Source: Octopus bimaculoides
Lineage: Eukaryota
NCBI RefSeq assembly: GCF_001194135.2
Contig: NC_068987.1
Location: forward strand, 27,255,525 to 27,300,446
DNA: 44,922 bases
Direction: 5' to 3'
Shown here: positions 12,832-24,394 of the stretch, piece after piece
Layout of the letters: each line of letters begins with the position of its first letter
Numbering within the stretch: the stretch's first letter is position 1
Notes under the pieces: generated by a model
Database searches by the model: none
What the model was told of the DNA's origin: nothing
Seen by the model: only the letters and a program-made list of their open reading frames with translations
Program-made: the position numbers and the translations under genes

Positions 12832-12964
12832 CAAACACACACACATGAATGTTTGTATGTGTGTATGTGTGTGTGTATGTATGCGTGTGTGTATGTATAT
12901 GTGCAGATTTTATGTTTTGCTTTATGTGTGTACTCTCATGCATATAGTTGCATATCTAGGCATG

Positions 12965-13700
12965 CTCATATATATTAAAATGCTAAACTTCTGGAAGGTT
13001 TTACAGATTTTTACAGTTCCGGTGATGAATTGGATATATAATCATCGGATTAGCTTTCTCCTTTCTGGTTTTGAGAAGCCTAATTTCTCAAGATTGGTAG
13101 TTAGGCAGTGTACTGCATATCCCAGGACCCCAATAATTACAGGTATAAACCTGAACTTGTAATCTGGATAGAGTAACTGCAGATTTGTCAATAGTTCAGC
13201 CCAGGTATTCTCTTTTTTACTGGTCTTCAGCTTTATGTTAACAGCCGCTGGGCAGCTAATTTCCACAACTGTACACAGTTTCTCTTCTTTATCCCAAATC
13301 ATTACATCAGGTTTGTTGTGCTTACATTTTATTGAGGTCGTCTATTTCTTTGTCCTCTGGGTTATCCTTCGGACGGATTTCGTTATAAAGCATCCTAATT
13401 ACAACATCATGTCTCATTTTCGGAAAACTGCTTATGATGTGTATGATATCTTCGGTGTTGACTCCACAAAGTCTGCTTCGCTTGTCACATTTTACTACTT
13501 TTCCTGCATCTCTGTCCCTTTTGTTCCTCAGGTATTTTGTTGTATGCATGAATGTATGCCTTTGCTTGTCCTCCACTAGCAATTGTCAACCAGTGTTGAT
13601 TTGTTTACGTTCCCATAACCTAAAAGTTCAGCAAAAAATATCTGGGAGTAAGCGAACCTGCTTTTCAAAAAAAACAGGACTTAGTCGAATTGTTTGAGGC
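12965..13700 (-). mobile_element. 3' fragment of an RLE-type non-LTR retrotransposon (R4/Dong/NeSL-like), decayed
   Basis: Broken minus-strand frames give TKYLRNKRDRD, a CCHC knuckle remnant (SRLCGVNTEDIIHIISSFPKM), the RHD motif (RHDVVIRMLY), VVEISCP..N...K..KKEN (restriction-like endonuclease) and IPVIIGVLG, ending TVKICKTFQKF. Confidence 0.85.
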
Positions 13701-14704
13701 AGTGTACCGGTATGTCTGCCGTCTAATGACTGAAAAAAAAATACAAAAAAAAAAACAGACATCAATAACAAAGATATATATATTGTTTTTATAGAGCCAA
13801 CAGCGTCCGTCTTCAATTATATATTGCTCAAGTGTGACAGTTGTGATCCTTCTGTCTTCGTTTTCATTGTGTTCTGTATATTTAATAGGTAAGATGCATT
13901 TAGATGCACTTATATTATTTTGTTGTGTACAATGCNNNNNNNNNNNNNNNNNNNNNNNNNNNNNNNNNNNNNNNNNNNNNNNNNNNNNNNNNNNNNNNNN
14001 NNNNNNNNNNNNNNNNNNNNNNNNNNNNNNNNNNNNNNNNNNNNNNNNNNNNNNNNNNNNNNNNNNNNNNNNNNNNNNNNNNNNNNNNNNNNNNNNNNNN
14101 NNNNNNNNNNNNNNNNNNNNNNNNNNNNNNNNNNNNNNNNNNNNNNNNNNNNNNNNNNNNNNNNNNNNNNNNNNNNNNNNNNNNNNNNNNNNNNNNNNNN
14201 NNNNNNNNNNNNNNNNNNNNNNNNNNNNNNNNNNNNNNNNNNNNNNNNNNNNNNNNNNNNNNNNNNNNNNNNNNNNNNNNNNNNNNNNNNNNNNNNNNNN
14301 NNNNNNNNNNNNNNNNNNNNNNNNNNNNNNNNNNNNNNNNNNNNNNNNNNNNNNNNNNNNNNNNNNNNNNNNNNNNNNNNNNNNNNNNNNNNNNNNNNNN
14401 NNNNNNNNNNNNNNNNNNNNCACACACACACAAATAAATGACTTTTCCAGCATCTCAATACAGATTATTTCACATAAATAATAAACTGAAGGTATTTTAT
14501 ATCTGCACATTCGATATTGCCTTAAAAACAAATGCATTTTTTTTCTGTACCCTTAAATTTCAAGTACTTAAGAAAAACACTCCTCAGCATCGTACTGCAT
14601 TCGTCTATTTTGACACATAAGCATCAAAATATCTCACCATAATTATTTTAAATAAGGAGAAAAATATAACACTATCAACAACAATAAAATACCTCATATT
14701 ATAA

Positions 14705-14906
14705 GCACAAGGCCTGAAATTTGAGCGGGAGTGGTTAGTCGATTACATCGAAACCTATATCCGTTACTGCATTCAGTTCGTCGACCTCGGAACGATAAAA
14801 TGCAAAGTCACCCTCAGCGGAATTTGAACTTCAAAACGTAAAGCCGAAAGAAGTGCCGCTAAATATTCTTTCTGGTGAGGTAGTGATTCTGCCAACTCGT
14901 AGCCTT
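14705..14906 (-). mobile_element. Deu/Nin-domain SINE (degenerate)
   Basis: Aligns with 3379-3587 from gcacaagg to gattctgccaactcg. Confidence 0.85.
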
Positions 14907-14917
14907 GATAATTATAA

Positions 14918-15122
14918 TTTCAAATTTTGGCACAGGACTAGCAATTTTGGGAGTGAGTTGATTAGATCAACACCAGTGCTCAATTGATACTTATTTTATC
15001 GACTAGAAAATGATGAAAAGTAAAGTGAACCTCGGTAGAATTTGAACTCTGAACGTAAAGACAGACGAAATGCTGCTAAGCATTTTGCTGGTTGTTCTAA
15101 CAATTTTTCCCGATCACCGCCC
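14918..15122 (-). mobile_element. Deu/Nin-domain SINE, head-to-tail tandem with the previous copy
   Basis: tttcaaattttggcacagg...gatacttattttatcgac...gaatttgaactctgaacgtaaagacagacgaaatgctgctaagc. Confidence 0.85.
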
Positions 15123-16263
15123 TATTAATATTAACGATAATAATAATGCTTTCTACTATAGGCACAATCGTACTTGGTTAAAGAGTGCGACTAATAGGCT
15201 GGTCGATGCCTGGATAGATGTCTCCGTATTAGGAGACACCCATCTATCATGTTTCAATGGCATTGTTGCCAAAATTGTCCTACATTTCAATAAACGATCG
15301 GCAAGACGAATTGAAAACAAACGGAATAGATTTCAAATGCCTTTATTCTTATTAAAAAGCACTTCTAATAACTGCATTCAATTATTCATTTGTTTGGTAC
15401 AGTTCGGTAGTAATAATAACAAAATGAACGACAACAGAAAAAACCACTACTTAACTGTGACCTTCATGAACTTGTGGCTGCCCATTCCATCAATGCTAGC
15501 ACAGCTCATTCTTTTCATCTCTCCTTTACTGTGCCTCCTCACTCCGGTAACTGACGTATTTACTCACCAGCAACGTCAGCATTACTAAGCTCGTCGCCGT
15601 CACCGTCACACACCACCACCACCACCATCTTTTATTTCTACTATCGCTACTACTACCGTCTCCACTAGGAAGAATAAGTCTTTGTCAAACCAACAACACG
15701 TCTACCAACATCACAGTTTCAATAAAACCAGCTAGAACAAGAGCTATGACATTACCTTCAACACGCAATCTATCTGGCCCCACAGCACTTACAAAATCAA
15801 TAATTTCAAGAACATCCATAAATACACAATTAGTATACTCTCTACTCACGAATAAAGTGGAACCCCCAGATCTGGCGCTACTGTCAATACGAGTAGGCAT
15901 GCTTACTACGTGATTGCTTTTTCACCCACCTCAGATGTACTAGAGTCACACTCAATAAGCACACAACTAAGCAATGCCAAAGTACTTCCAAAAATTATAC
16001 TAGTACTTATCATTTCCATGATTAATTCAGTTCTACCAAAACCGTTGCCCTGGTAAGTAGTAGAAAAGGATCTAATTTTTTCATTCGCAAAATATGCATT
16101 TTTTAAAAGACAGCAAAATATCTGAAAATCAGCTATAATAATGTAAACTTCCAGTCTCATTGCTTCGAAGGTATGATGTTGTGGAGCAAAAGATTGGAGA
16201 AAAATGTTATAGGTGTTTAAAAATCGAAAAAAAACCCTGTATATTTTTAGCCAATAGCGAGAC

Positions 16264-16332
16264 AAATTTTCTGCGTTAAACGTCTGAAATTTTCTGCGTT
16301 TAGCGTCTGTGAAATTTATAGTTTAGCGTCTA
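16264..16332. repeat. 23-bp minisatellite, about 3 copies
   Basis: aaattttctgcgttaaacgtctg / aaattttctgcgtttagcgtctg / aaatttatagtttagcgtcta. Confidence 0.85.
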
Positions 16333-17193
16333 AACTGTTCACTGTAGGTTTCCAAATAAACAGAAATACCTAATAAAATCAACACATAACATCTTACTGT
16401 TTCTTTTGTCTATTCATTGATTTTATTAGTTTTTAATTTGCTATATTAATATACTCTTTTGCTCTTTTAATTGTTTCAGTCATCTTAACTGAGAACTGTC
16501 ATAAAAACTTTCACTTAGACGCTGGAATTTTACCACTCTTTGTGTATGTGTGGGGGGGGGGCGCAGGTTGAAGAAAGGAGATATTGCCATTTTTGTCCAC
16601 GATTCCCACATTGCCAATTTAAAAGACATGGTTTCTTTTTGTTACTGTGAGTCAGTGTCCATGTCAACAGGTGGGTCATACAGATCTTCTCATGCACCTG
16701 TACATTGCTTCTAAGAGTATATTCATGATGTTCAACTTTTCATTCAGCAATGATAATCTGGTAACATCGATGGTGGGTGACTTCACTTTTCTCTTTATGC
16801 ATTGGTCTTTGAATACTCTGAAAGCAAGAGTTTCCATCTTAATCTCGAACAAAGCAGCAATTGAGATGCTTTTCAAATTTATGAATGGTTCATTTCCTGT
16901 TCCAACAACTACTGGTGTCAATGAGACCCAAAAATTGTGCCAACAATAGTTATATTACAGTCGAAACACTCTCTCTCGACCTTCTACGATTAGACCAAAA
17001 TCACTAATCTCAGGGCAACCACTGAAAACATAGAGCTATATAAAGCGAAGTGAAGTACAGTCACACATGACCCACTTGTAGGTTGGTCCTACACCAAAAT
17101 AAAGTTCATTTACCACCTTTTTGAGGACACTTTCATTCACATATGTGCTAATCCCCCCACCACTCCATGAGCCATTAACATAAATACATACAC

Positions 17194-17414
17194 ACTTCTC
17201 GTATCATTAAATTTCATGAAGTTGCTGACATCAAAATTAACAAAATTCTAGTAGGAAAATCAGTTCCTTGATCCGAACAAACATGCTTTCCGTGATGGCA
17301 GAAACTACCTAATGCAGCTCCTCCATGAATTTGATGGCATCCTAAATGCTCTGGGAGAAGGATGCAAGATAAACGTTTAATTATCTTGATTTCAGCCAAG
17401 CTTTCGACACTGTG
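17194..17414 (+). mobile_element. CR1/L2-type LINE reverse transcriptase fragment (frameshifted)
   Basis: Manual translation across frameshifts: TSRIIKFHE...LDPNKHAFRDGRNYLMQLLHEFDGILNALGEGCKINV / NYLDFSQAFDTV, matching the QHGFR..RS and YLDFSKAFD motifs of non-LTR RT domains 2-3. Confidence 0.85.
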
Positions 17415-18232
17415 AGACAGAATGTCGCCGAAGAGATTATCCAGCATCGGTTTCTGTTGTAAGCCTTGGCTATTGAAATCGCCTCAAAATGCTCAACATA
17501 TATTCTCTTCAAAACTACTGCTGACGGTAGACAATTTGTACAATGTGGAAGATATTCTATCCATACTGTCCAAACCATGCCTGTGTGGGATTAAAAAGCC
17601 ATACGCCTTCTGCAAAAATTGGAGTTCATACCACATAATAATTCTGTGATACAACTTTTATACGTCGCATGCTCTTGCCTTATTCAATAATATTCAGTAA
17701 AAAAAATCAAAGAATGTTCACACAATGTTAACTAAAACTACCAGAAGAAACTATTCCAAGAAATACCAAAACCAGCAACACCGGGATACATCTAGGCAAA
17801 CAACTCATTAAGAGCATTATGGTGCTTGAAGACATGATTAAAGAGATTATCCTAGATGGTACTTATAAACTTGACATGGTGTGAGCCAATAACGGCTAAT
17901 ACTTAAATTATCTAAGTGACATATATTTACTATAATATTATTTGTCCTGTAATTATATCAATAGATATTTATTTCTCTTCTGGGCAGTAAAGTGTTGTAG
18001 CAGGTTAAGAAAGGAAGAATGGAGAAAGAAATAAAACAAAGGAAGGAAGATACAGAGAGAAAGAGAAGCAAATGACAAACAGAAGAGAGAACTAATTGTA
18101 AACAAGAGAACGATGATGGGAGGAGAGACACATATAAGAATATAGACCAACAAACACGAACATAAGCTCCAAAAAATCTTATGTGGGTGCGTAACTGCAA
18201 AACAATTCTCAAATAATACTCAAATACCACAC

Positions 18233-18235
<3 letters not shown>

Positions 18236-18282
<47 letters not shown>

Positions 18283-18316
18283 TTTCAGGAAATAAAATTT
18301 CGTATATTTTAGTTAA

Positions 18317-18360
<44 letters not shown>

Positions 18361-18398
18361 TTTCAGGAAATAAAATTTCGTATATTTTAGTTAAGCAA
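18236..18398. repeat. Tandem duplication of (GT)n plus a 40-bp unique unit
   Basis: gatttcaggaaataaaatttcgtatattttagttaagcaa is identical at 18281-18320 and 18359-18398, each preceded by (GT)n. Confidence 0.95.
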
Positions 18399-19136
18399 GT
18401 TTTTTGTTATGTTTGGTATAGCTTGGCATACAAGAAAATTTTCCAAGTGAAATCATTTAACAGAAATAACTTTGCTTTCCGTAATTAAGATTTAATGTAG
18501 GTATATGCTGAACTCCATATTTTTGTGTGGTGTGTTTTTGATATATCATTCGTATCAGCTATAAATATTCTATAGCACTGTAGTATAAGAATTCTCAACT
18601 TCGTTGAATTTTACCTTTTTACATTTTATTTGCATATTTACTTTACTTTAATAGTTTAGCAGAATTGTTTACAAGCTTTCGCCCTCGACACACTACACAC
18701 ACGCATATACACGTGACTTTTATACTGATAATACTGTTTTTCTTAAACCTGCTACGGAGATATGCGATAAAGTAACACTTACATTAAAACTTATCGTAAA
18801 CAAATTCTTTTTAATGCAAACAGTTTATAATCATTACACATCCACATAAACAGTTATATTTATTTACATTACTTAGTTTCACTGTAACTTTTTTCGGAAT
18901 AAAATTCTTGTTAATCTTCAAGTTTAATTAATTCACATAACTAGCCGCGCGATTATCTTGCCAATTCATTTTTAACAAACAACCGATTACAATTCATTTA
19001 GCCTACATTCATTTATCTATAATTCATTCATTCAAACCTTTATTTTTTATGTTTTTATCAACTGTTGCGTTTTGTTAATTTGATTATTCTGATATAGAGT
19101 TTTTATAGATGTATTTCCTTATATATTTTTAATATG

Positions 19137-20002
19137 AAGTGTGTCCCAAAAGAAACCGATGGGTTTCAATTTATAGTAACTTCCGTAACTTTACAAATAA
19201 ATGCACTAAATTTTGATACAATATAAAAGACGTAATGGAAATTAATATACACAAATCAAATTTTGGAAAACCACTACGTCACGTATAAAAAAGGACATAA
19301 CTTAAATGGCAGTCATTTTCGGCTTCGCACGCTCGTGCTCTTTCCAAATCTTGCACCATAACACCCATAAGAGTTCGAGACCCCACTTCTCTGATTTCTG
19401 TATTAATGTTCTCCTTCAGTTGCACCAGGGTTTCCAATTTGTTGATATAAACCCTCTCTTTCATGTATCCTCGCAAGAAAAAATCTGGGATAGTCAAGTC
19501 TGGGGAACGTGAAGGCCAGTTGACATTGCCGTAGCGGGAGATTATTCTCTCTCCAAAGCACTACCGTAGCACTGCATTGTTTGTCTTGCGGTATGAGCAG
19601 TTGCCACATCTTGCTAGAACCATGAGCGAGGTCTACTTTGAATAAAATGGACTTCACGTTCCCCAGACTTGACAAGCTCGGATTGTTTCTTGTGGGGTTA
19701 CCTGAGAGAGAGGGTTTACGTCAACAACCCGGTGACCCTTGTGCACCTGAAGGAGAACATCAATAAAGAAATCAGAGAAGTGGAATCTGAAACTCTTGAG
19801 GGTGTTATGGTGCGAAGTCGAAAACGGCTGCCATTTAAGCGACGTCTTTTTCATATGTGATGTAGTGGTGTTGCAAAATTTGACTTATGTATATGAATTT
19901 CTATTTCGTATTTTATATTGTATCAAAATTTTATGCGTTTATTTGTAAAGTTAAGGAAGTTATTAAAAATTGAAACCCATCGGTTTCCATTGGGACACCC
20001 AG
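19137..20002. mobile_element. Palindromic non-autonomous rosa (DD41D) mariner derivative made of two inverted 3' halves
   Basis: Arms 19137-19514 and 19652-20002 are imperfect inverted repeats. Both encode the transposase C-terminus (SPDLT..DFFL.GY.KERVY..), on the - and + strand respectively. Ends aagtgtgtccc / gggacacccag|TA. Confidence 0.9.
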
Positions 20003-23000
20003 TATATATTTTCCATTTTCTCACTCACCTTGTAATGCTTCATTACCTACCTGATTCCCGTCTCCTACATTTCAATTTGTTTCTGACATTTAGTACTAAA
20101 TTTGTTTTTCGACCTTTATACTCTTTTATACAACAGATAACAATAAGCATTTCTTTCCAAGAAATTTTAACAACATATGTAAATTAACACACAAAGAGTG
20201 CCGTCTTTTAGTGAAGTATTCTTTCTGTTTCCCTGTATAGACGCCAGAAGCGAATCTTTATTAACCGGTTGGATAAGCTGTCAGACGTGGTGTAAATCTC
20301 AGCCAACACGAATCTTGTAATAAATTTGACTCTGTTATCAGTGCTGAATCTGTCTCTCCATCAGTAAAAATCTCGTTGCTCTAAAATAACCTTAATTTGA
20401 TATTTTGATTGAACAACAAATAATGTATCCCTGCATAACTTAAATATTCAGAAAACATGTCACGCATGTCGATAAATGCTCTGCATGAAAGAGTTAAACC
20501 AGATGCAAGCTGATATTGCTTATTATCAACATCGGTGCTAATTGCTAAAAACATGCAAGGATACCAAAACAATATTTAGAGCTTCTTTGTGGACAACTTC
20601 GCTTTAGATAGTTTACTAGATTCTTGATGTATAATTCTTCGGAGGTAATGTCCACTTCTGAGAGTGAGACATATATATATATAAAGTATCAATTCAGAAT
20701 TATGCTAAATAATTGATTATTATAGGTATTGATTAGTGTCACATCTGTTCCAGATGATTAGCTGCTGGAATAATGTTTGAAAGGTCAACAGATTTTTGTT
20801 GATTTATTATACAACATAACAAACATTCTTCGACTAATTCCTCGTAACTCAATATAAATTTAATTTGCTTTGTTTTGTTTTCTTAAAACTCTGGGCAGCG
20901 AGTTTCTTATATAATTGAACAGTACCTTGTTGTTTTGTTCAGTGTAGAAATAGATATTGCACGTCAATATCCACACGAGCTTTATGTACGTTTCTGTGGT
21001 TTAATTGATAAATGCCCGTGAAAATTAATTGAAAGAAGCAACTACTGTAATTAGTATCCTATTTGAAAGAAAACGACGTAATGTAACTCATATCCACCAG
21101 TTCCATCGGACTTTTGACTTCTCCATGCCTCTTGTTATACAGACAAAAGGCTCAGGGTAAGAGAGGAGAGCAAGTAAACAAATATCCCTTTCAAAGGTGT
21201 GTGTATGTGCGACTGTGTGTGTGCATTTTGTGTACGTGTGAGCGTATATGCACGCGTGTATGCGGGCGTGCGTGCGTATGTGAGTAAATAATTTTATTTC
21301 TGTAATTTGTTTCCCTGCATATTATTGCTTCAATAAAATTGTGAGTGAAGAAATGTATGAGTATGATTTTATAAAAATAATTTTCCGGCACTACGTCCTT
21401 TCAGCTCTTCGATGTATTAGTAGAATGGAACATCATCTTCGAGTAGATATTGCAAAGAAACACAATGTATGTATTACTGCCGCGTAGGAAGTAAAACATA
21501 AGGGTATATAACTCAAACAGTAAAGTTATAGCTACTTTATAGAGACATATTCAAACATCAATTGAGCCAGAAGCTGAAAACTATGACAGTCTTTAAATAT
21601 TTTTGATAGATTTGTGAACAACTCTACTGCTCTAAATGTAATCCGTACAGATTGTATTTTAAAAAGTCATATCAAAGTTATAACTACGATACAGTCGTAT
21701 TTTCAATTCATAAAGTCAAAGCCAAATGCTTTCTATATATAAAATTATAGTTATCACACACAAACAATCTGCAACGTAATTCCACTCAGTCAAACGACAA
21801 ACACACTCGTTAGCTCAGTGTACGGAAAGCAACAAAGCGGAAATTCTATAGTTACTGAAAAGATATCGATAAATCAATAAGTAAAAAAGCAGTTATTTAA
21901 AAATACATCCTCAGCTCTTATTAATATACAAGCAATTTCTTCACAAAAAATTATAGTTAACAACATTAAATTAAGCACAATCTAGAACAGATTATTTGAT
22001 CTACCCACATATGAAAATAAATTTGTCAGCATCTTACATCTTATTCGCAGATCCGATCAAGTTACGCGCTCTGTTGCTAACTTTCAAATGTAACCGAAAG
22101 ATGATCAAAAGAGAAAAACATAAATCTGAAATTAGTCTGATATACAAGGCCCAAGAAAATCTGAGAGATTAAAAGAAAAATTATACTCCTCGACATAAAT
22201 TCAAACATCTCTGCATGATTAAAAAAAAAATGAAAATGCGAATATATTACAGAAATTAACAATTTGCTGAATGACTAAAACGAATATATAAAACATAAAA
22301 GAAAAAGAAAATACCATACAAATGAAAATTAAACTGAATATAATTATGGTAATAATTACAAACAATACTCTGTTTTTTGAAAATTGAAAAATATATTTTA
22401 CGATATAGCAGAAACAGTTCCGCATCCTACTAAATACTTTGCAGCATACCGTTTCTTCAAGACCCGTTTTATATAAATATCAACTCGTATTTCACTCCTA
22501 ATTTTGAATAAGATAAACCTCTGGTCTTACTAGTTCAACATAACCCCACTCACTATCTTAGAATTTTTTTTTTGCTTTTTGTCGTCAGAAATTATTACAG
22601 ATATGAAAAGTTAATAAGATCTAAAAATATTAAGGCACATTAGTAATAGTTTTACAGGAATGAATGGCTAGTGGTCTGGTGTCAGTGCTATAGTAAGAAA
22701 TCTATATTTATAAAATTTACCGTGGATATATACACGTGTTTCTCTTTGAAAAACTAATTTCATTGAAATAAATCGCTATTTTATTGATTTTACAGTCCTT
22801 TGAATTATTTATTCAACTTTATATTATAAAGTCTTGTCTAATTTCCCCAAAGATATGACGACTTTAAATTCGTCTCAGTTTTTAACTGTGACTTTAAAGA
22901 TTTCTGACAAGTCTTTTATTCATCATTTAATCACTACTCTTTTTATTTGTCATGGTTTGAGAAATCAGATCAATAATACATAAATGAGTTTTCTTTTAAC

Positions 23001-23422
23001 AACTGCAACATATTACTTTCTAATCAATATATTCGCTGACAGAAGTATTGATCACATTAATCTTTAGTATTAGAACCCTAGACTAATCACAAATTAATTA
23101 GCATCGGCATGTTGTTATAGAAACTTAGAATAAAGCATTATAATTTATGATTTAGAAAAAATTCAGTTTCGATCCTAGACGCAAAATCAGCTTTCTTAAA
23201 AATACAGTCCAAAACATTTAGTCTCCAACATTAGTCAATTAGGCTACAAGGAAGTTTGATATTAATAGTAAATGATTTAGATTCTGAGTATTTTTCTAGG
23301 ACTTCGTGTATTTCTTCTGCTTTAGCAAAATATGTGTTGTTTCAGTAGAAATATAAGAGTATCATTCTTGCACCTTGAATGATGAATCATAGCCTTAACC
23401 TATCAAATAAATATTCTAAATT

Positions 23423-23610
23423 GGTTTCAAATTTTGGCACAAGACCAATAATTTGCATCGTTCTCCAGTGCTCAGCTGATACTTATTTTATCGACCCAAA
23501 AAGAATGAAAGGCGAAGTCACCCTGCACGGAATCTAAAATCAGTAAGTAAAGACGGGTGAAATACCGCTCAGCATTTCACTCGGCATGCTAACGATTCTG
23601 CCAGCTCGCT
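23423..23610 (-). mobile_element. Deu/Nin-domain SINE
   Basis: ggtttcaaattttggcacaag...gatacttattttatcgacccaaaaagaatgaaaggc...gctaacgattctgccagctcgc. Confidence 0.88.
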
Positions 23611-23726
23611 ATCTTCACAAATATTTTAGATTAGAAAAGAACTGATGTCTTTATTTCAAATTTATAAGCAGATATAGTTAAAGAAAATGGTCAGGGTGGG
23701 GTTTTATACGTACTGATGTTCTAGAG

Positions 23727-23955
23727 CAGTGGTTCCCAACCTGGGGTCGGCGGACCCCTGCTGGTCTGTAAAGGTATTACTGGGGGTCCGTGAACTAAAT
23801 TTTAAATTTCANNNNNNNNNNNNNNNNNNNNNNNNNNNNNNNNATATACATACACACATAAGGATCGGCATGGATCAGCATATTAAAAAGGGTCCGGGAG
23901 GAAATTCATTCAAATGAAAGGGTTAGGAATCACAGTGAAAAGGTTGGGACCACTG
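23727..23955. mobile_element. hAT (Charlie-like) MITE, contains a 32-nt gap
   Basis: TIRs cagtggttcccaacct / aggttgggaccactg. 8-bp TSD ttctagag / ttctaggg (7/8 match; fits the NTCTAGAN preference of Charlie-type hATs). Confidence 0.9.
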
Positions 23956-24004
23956 TTCTAGGGCATAGAAGTATATGTGATAGCTGAATAAGTTATAAAA
24001 TATT

Positions 24005-24151
24005 GGTTTCAGATTTTGACACAAGGCGACCAATTTTGGGGAAGGAGGAAAGCCAATTACATCGACCCCGGCAGAATTTGAACTCAAAACATATAGATAG
24101 ATTAAATGCCGCTAAGCATTTAGTCCGGCGTGCCAACGATTCTGCCAGCTT
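24005..24151 (-). mobile_element. Deu/Nin-domain SINE with internal deletion
   Basis: The 3' end and tRNA head are present, but the central domain is deleted between catcgacccc and ggcagaatttgaactc. Confidence 0.85.
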
Positions 24152-24177
24152 ACTTTCCTGTTAAGCTGTAATATATT

Positions 24178-24394
24178 GATTCCAAATTCTGTCACAAGAC
24201 CAGAAATTACGTGATAGGGCTAAGTCAATTACATCCCGCTCCCTACTATACAACTGGTATTTATTTTATCGACACCGCAATCGATGAAAAGCAAAGTCAA
24301 CCGCGCTGGATTTTCAAGTCAGAGCGTAAAGACAGACGAAATGCCGCTTATACACTTTGCCAGGCGTGCTAGCGATTCTACCAGCTCGCCGCCC
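24178..24394 (-). mobile_element. Deu/Nin-domain SINE, tandem with the previous copy
   Basis: caactggtatttattttatcgacacc...aaagacagacgaaatgccgc...gcgattctaccagctcgccgcc. Confidence 0.85.

Noticed and set aside
15070-15588. 172-aa plus-strand ORF
   Set aside because: It begins inside a SINE and runs through AAT/AAC low-complexity sequence; no domain is recognisable.
16647-16949. Overlapping sense/antisense ORFs of 100 and 81 aa
   Set aside because: Probably decayed LINE sequence next to the fragments at 17.0-17.4 kb; no motif could be assigned.
20241-20291. Strong polypyrimidine acceptor followed by a short open frame
   Set aside because: The donor is weak and the peptide unrecognisable; a similar weak case lies at 24650-24712 on the minus strand.
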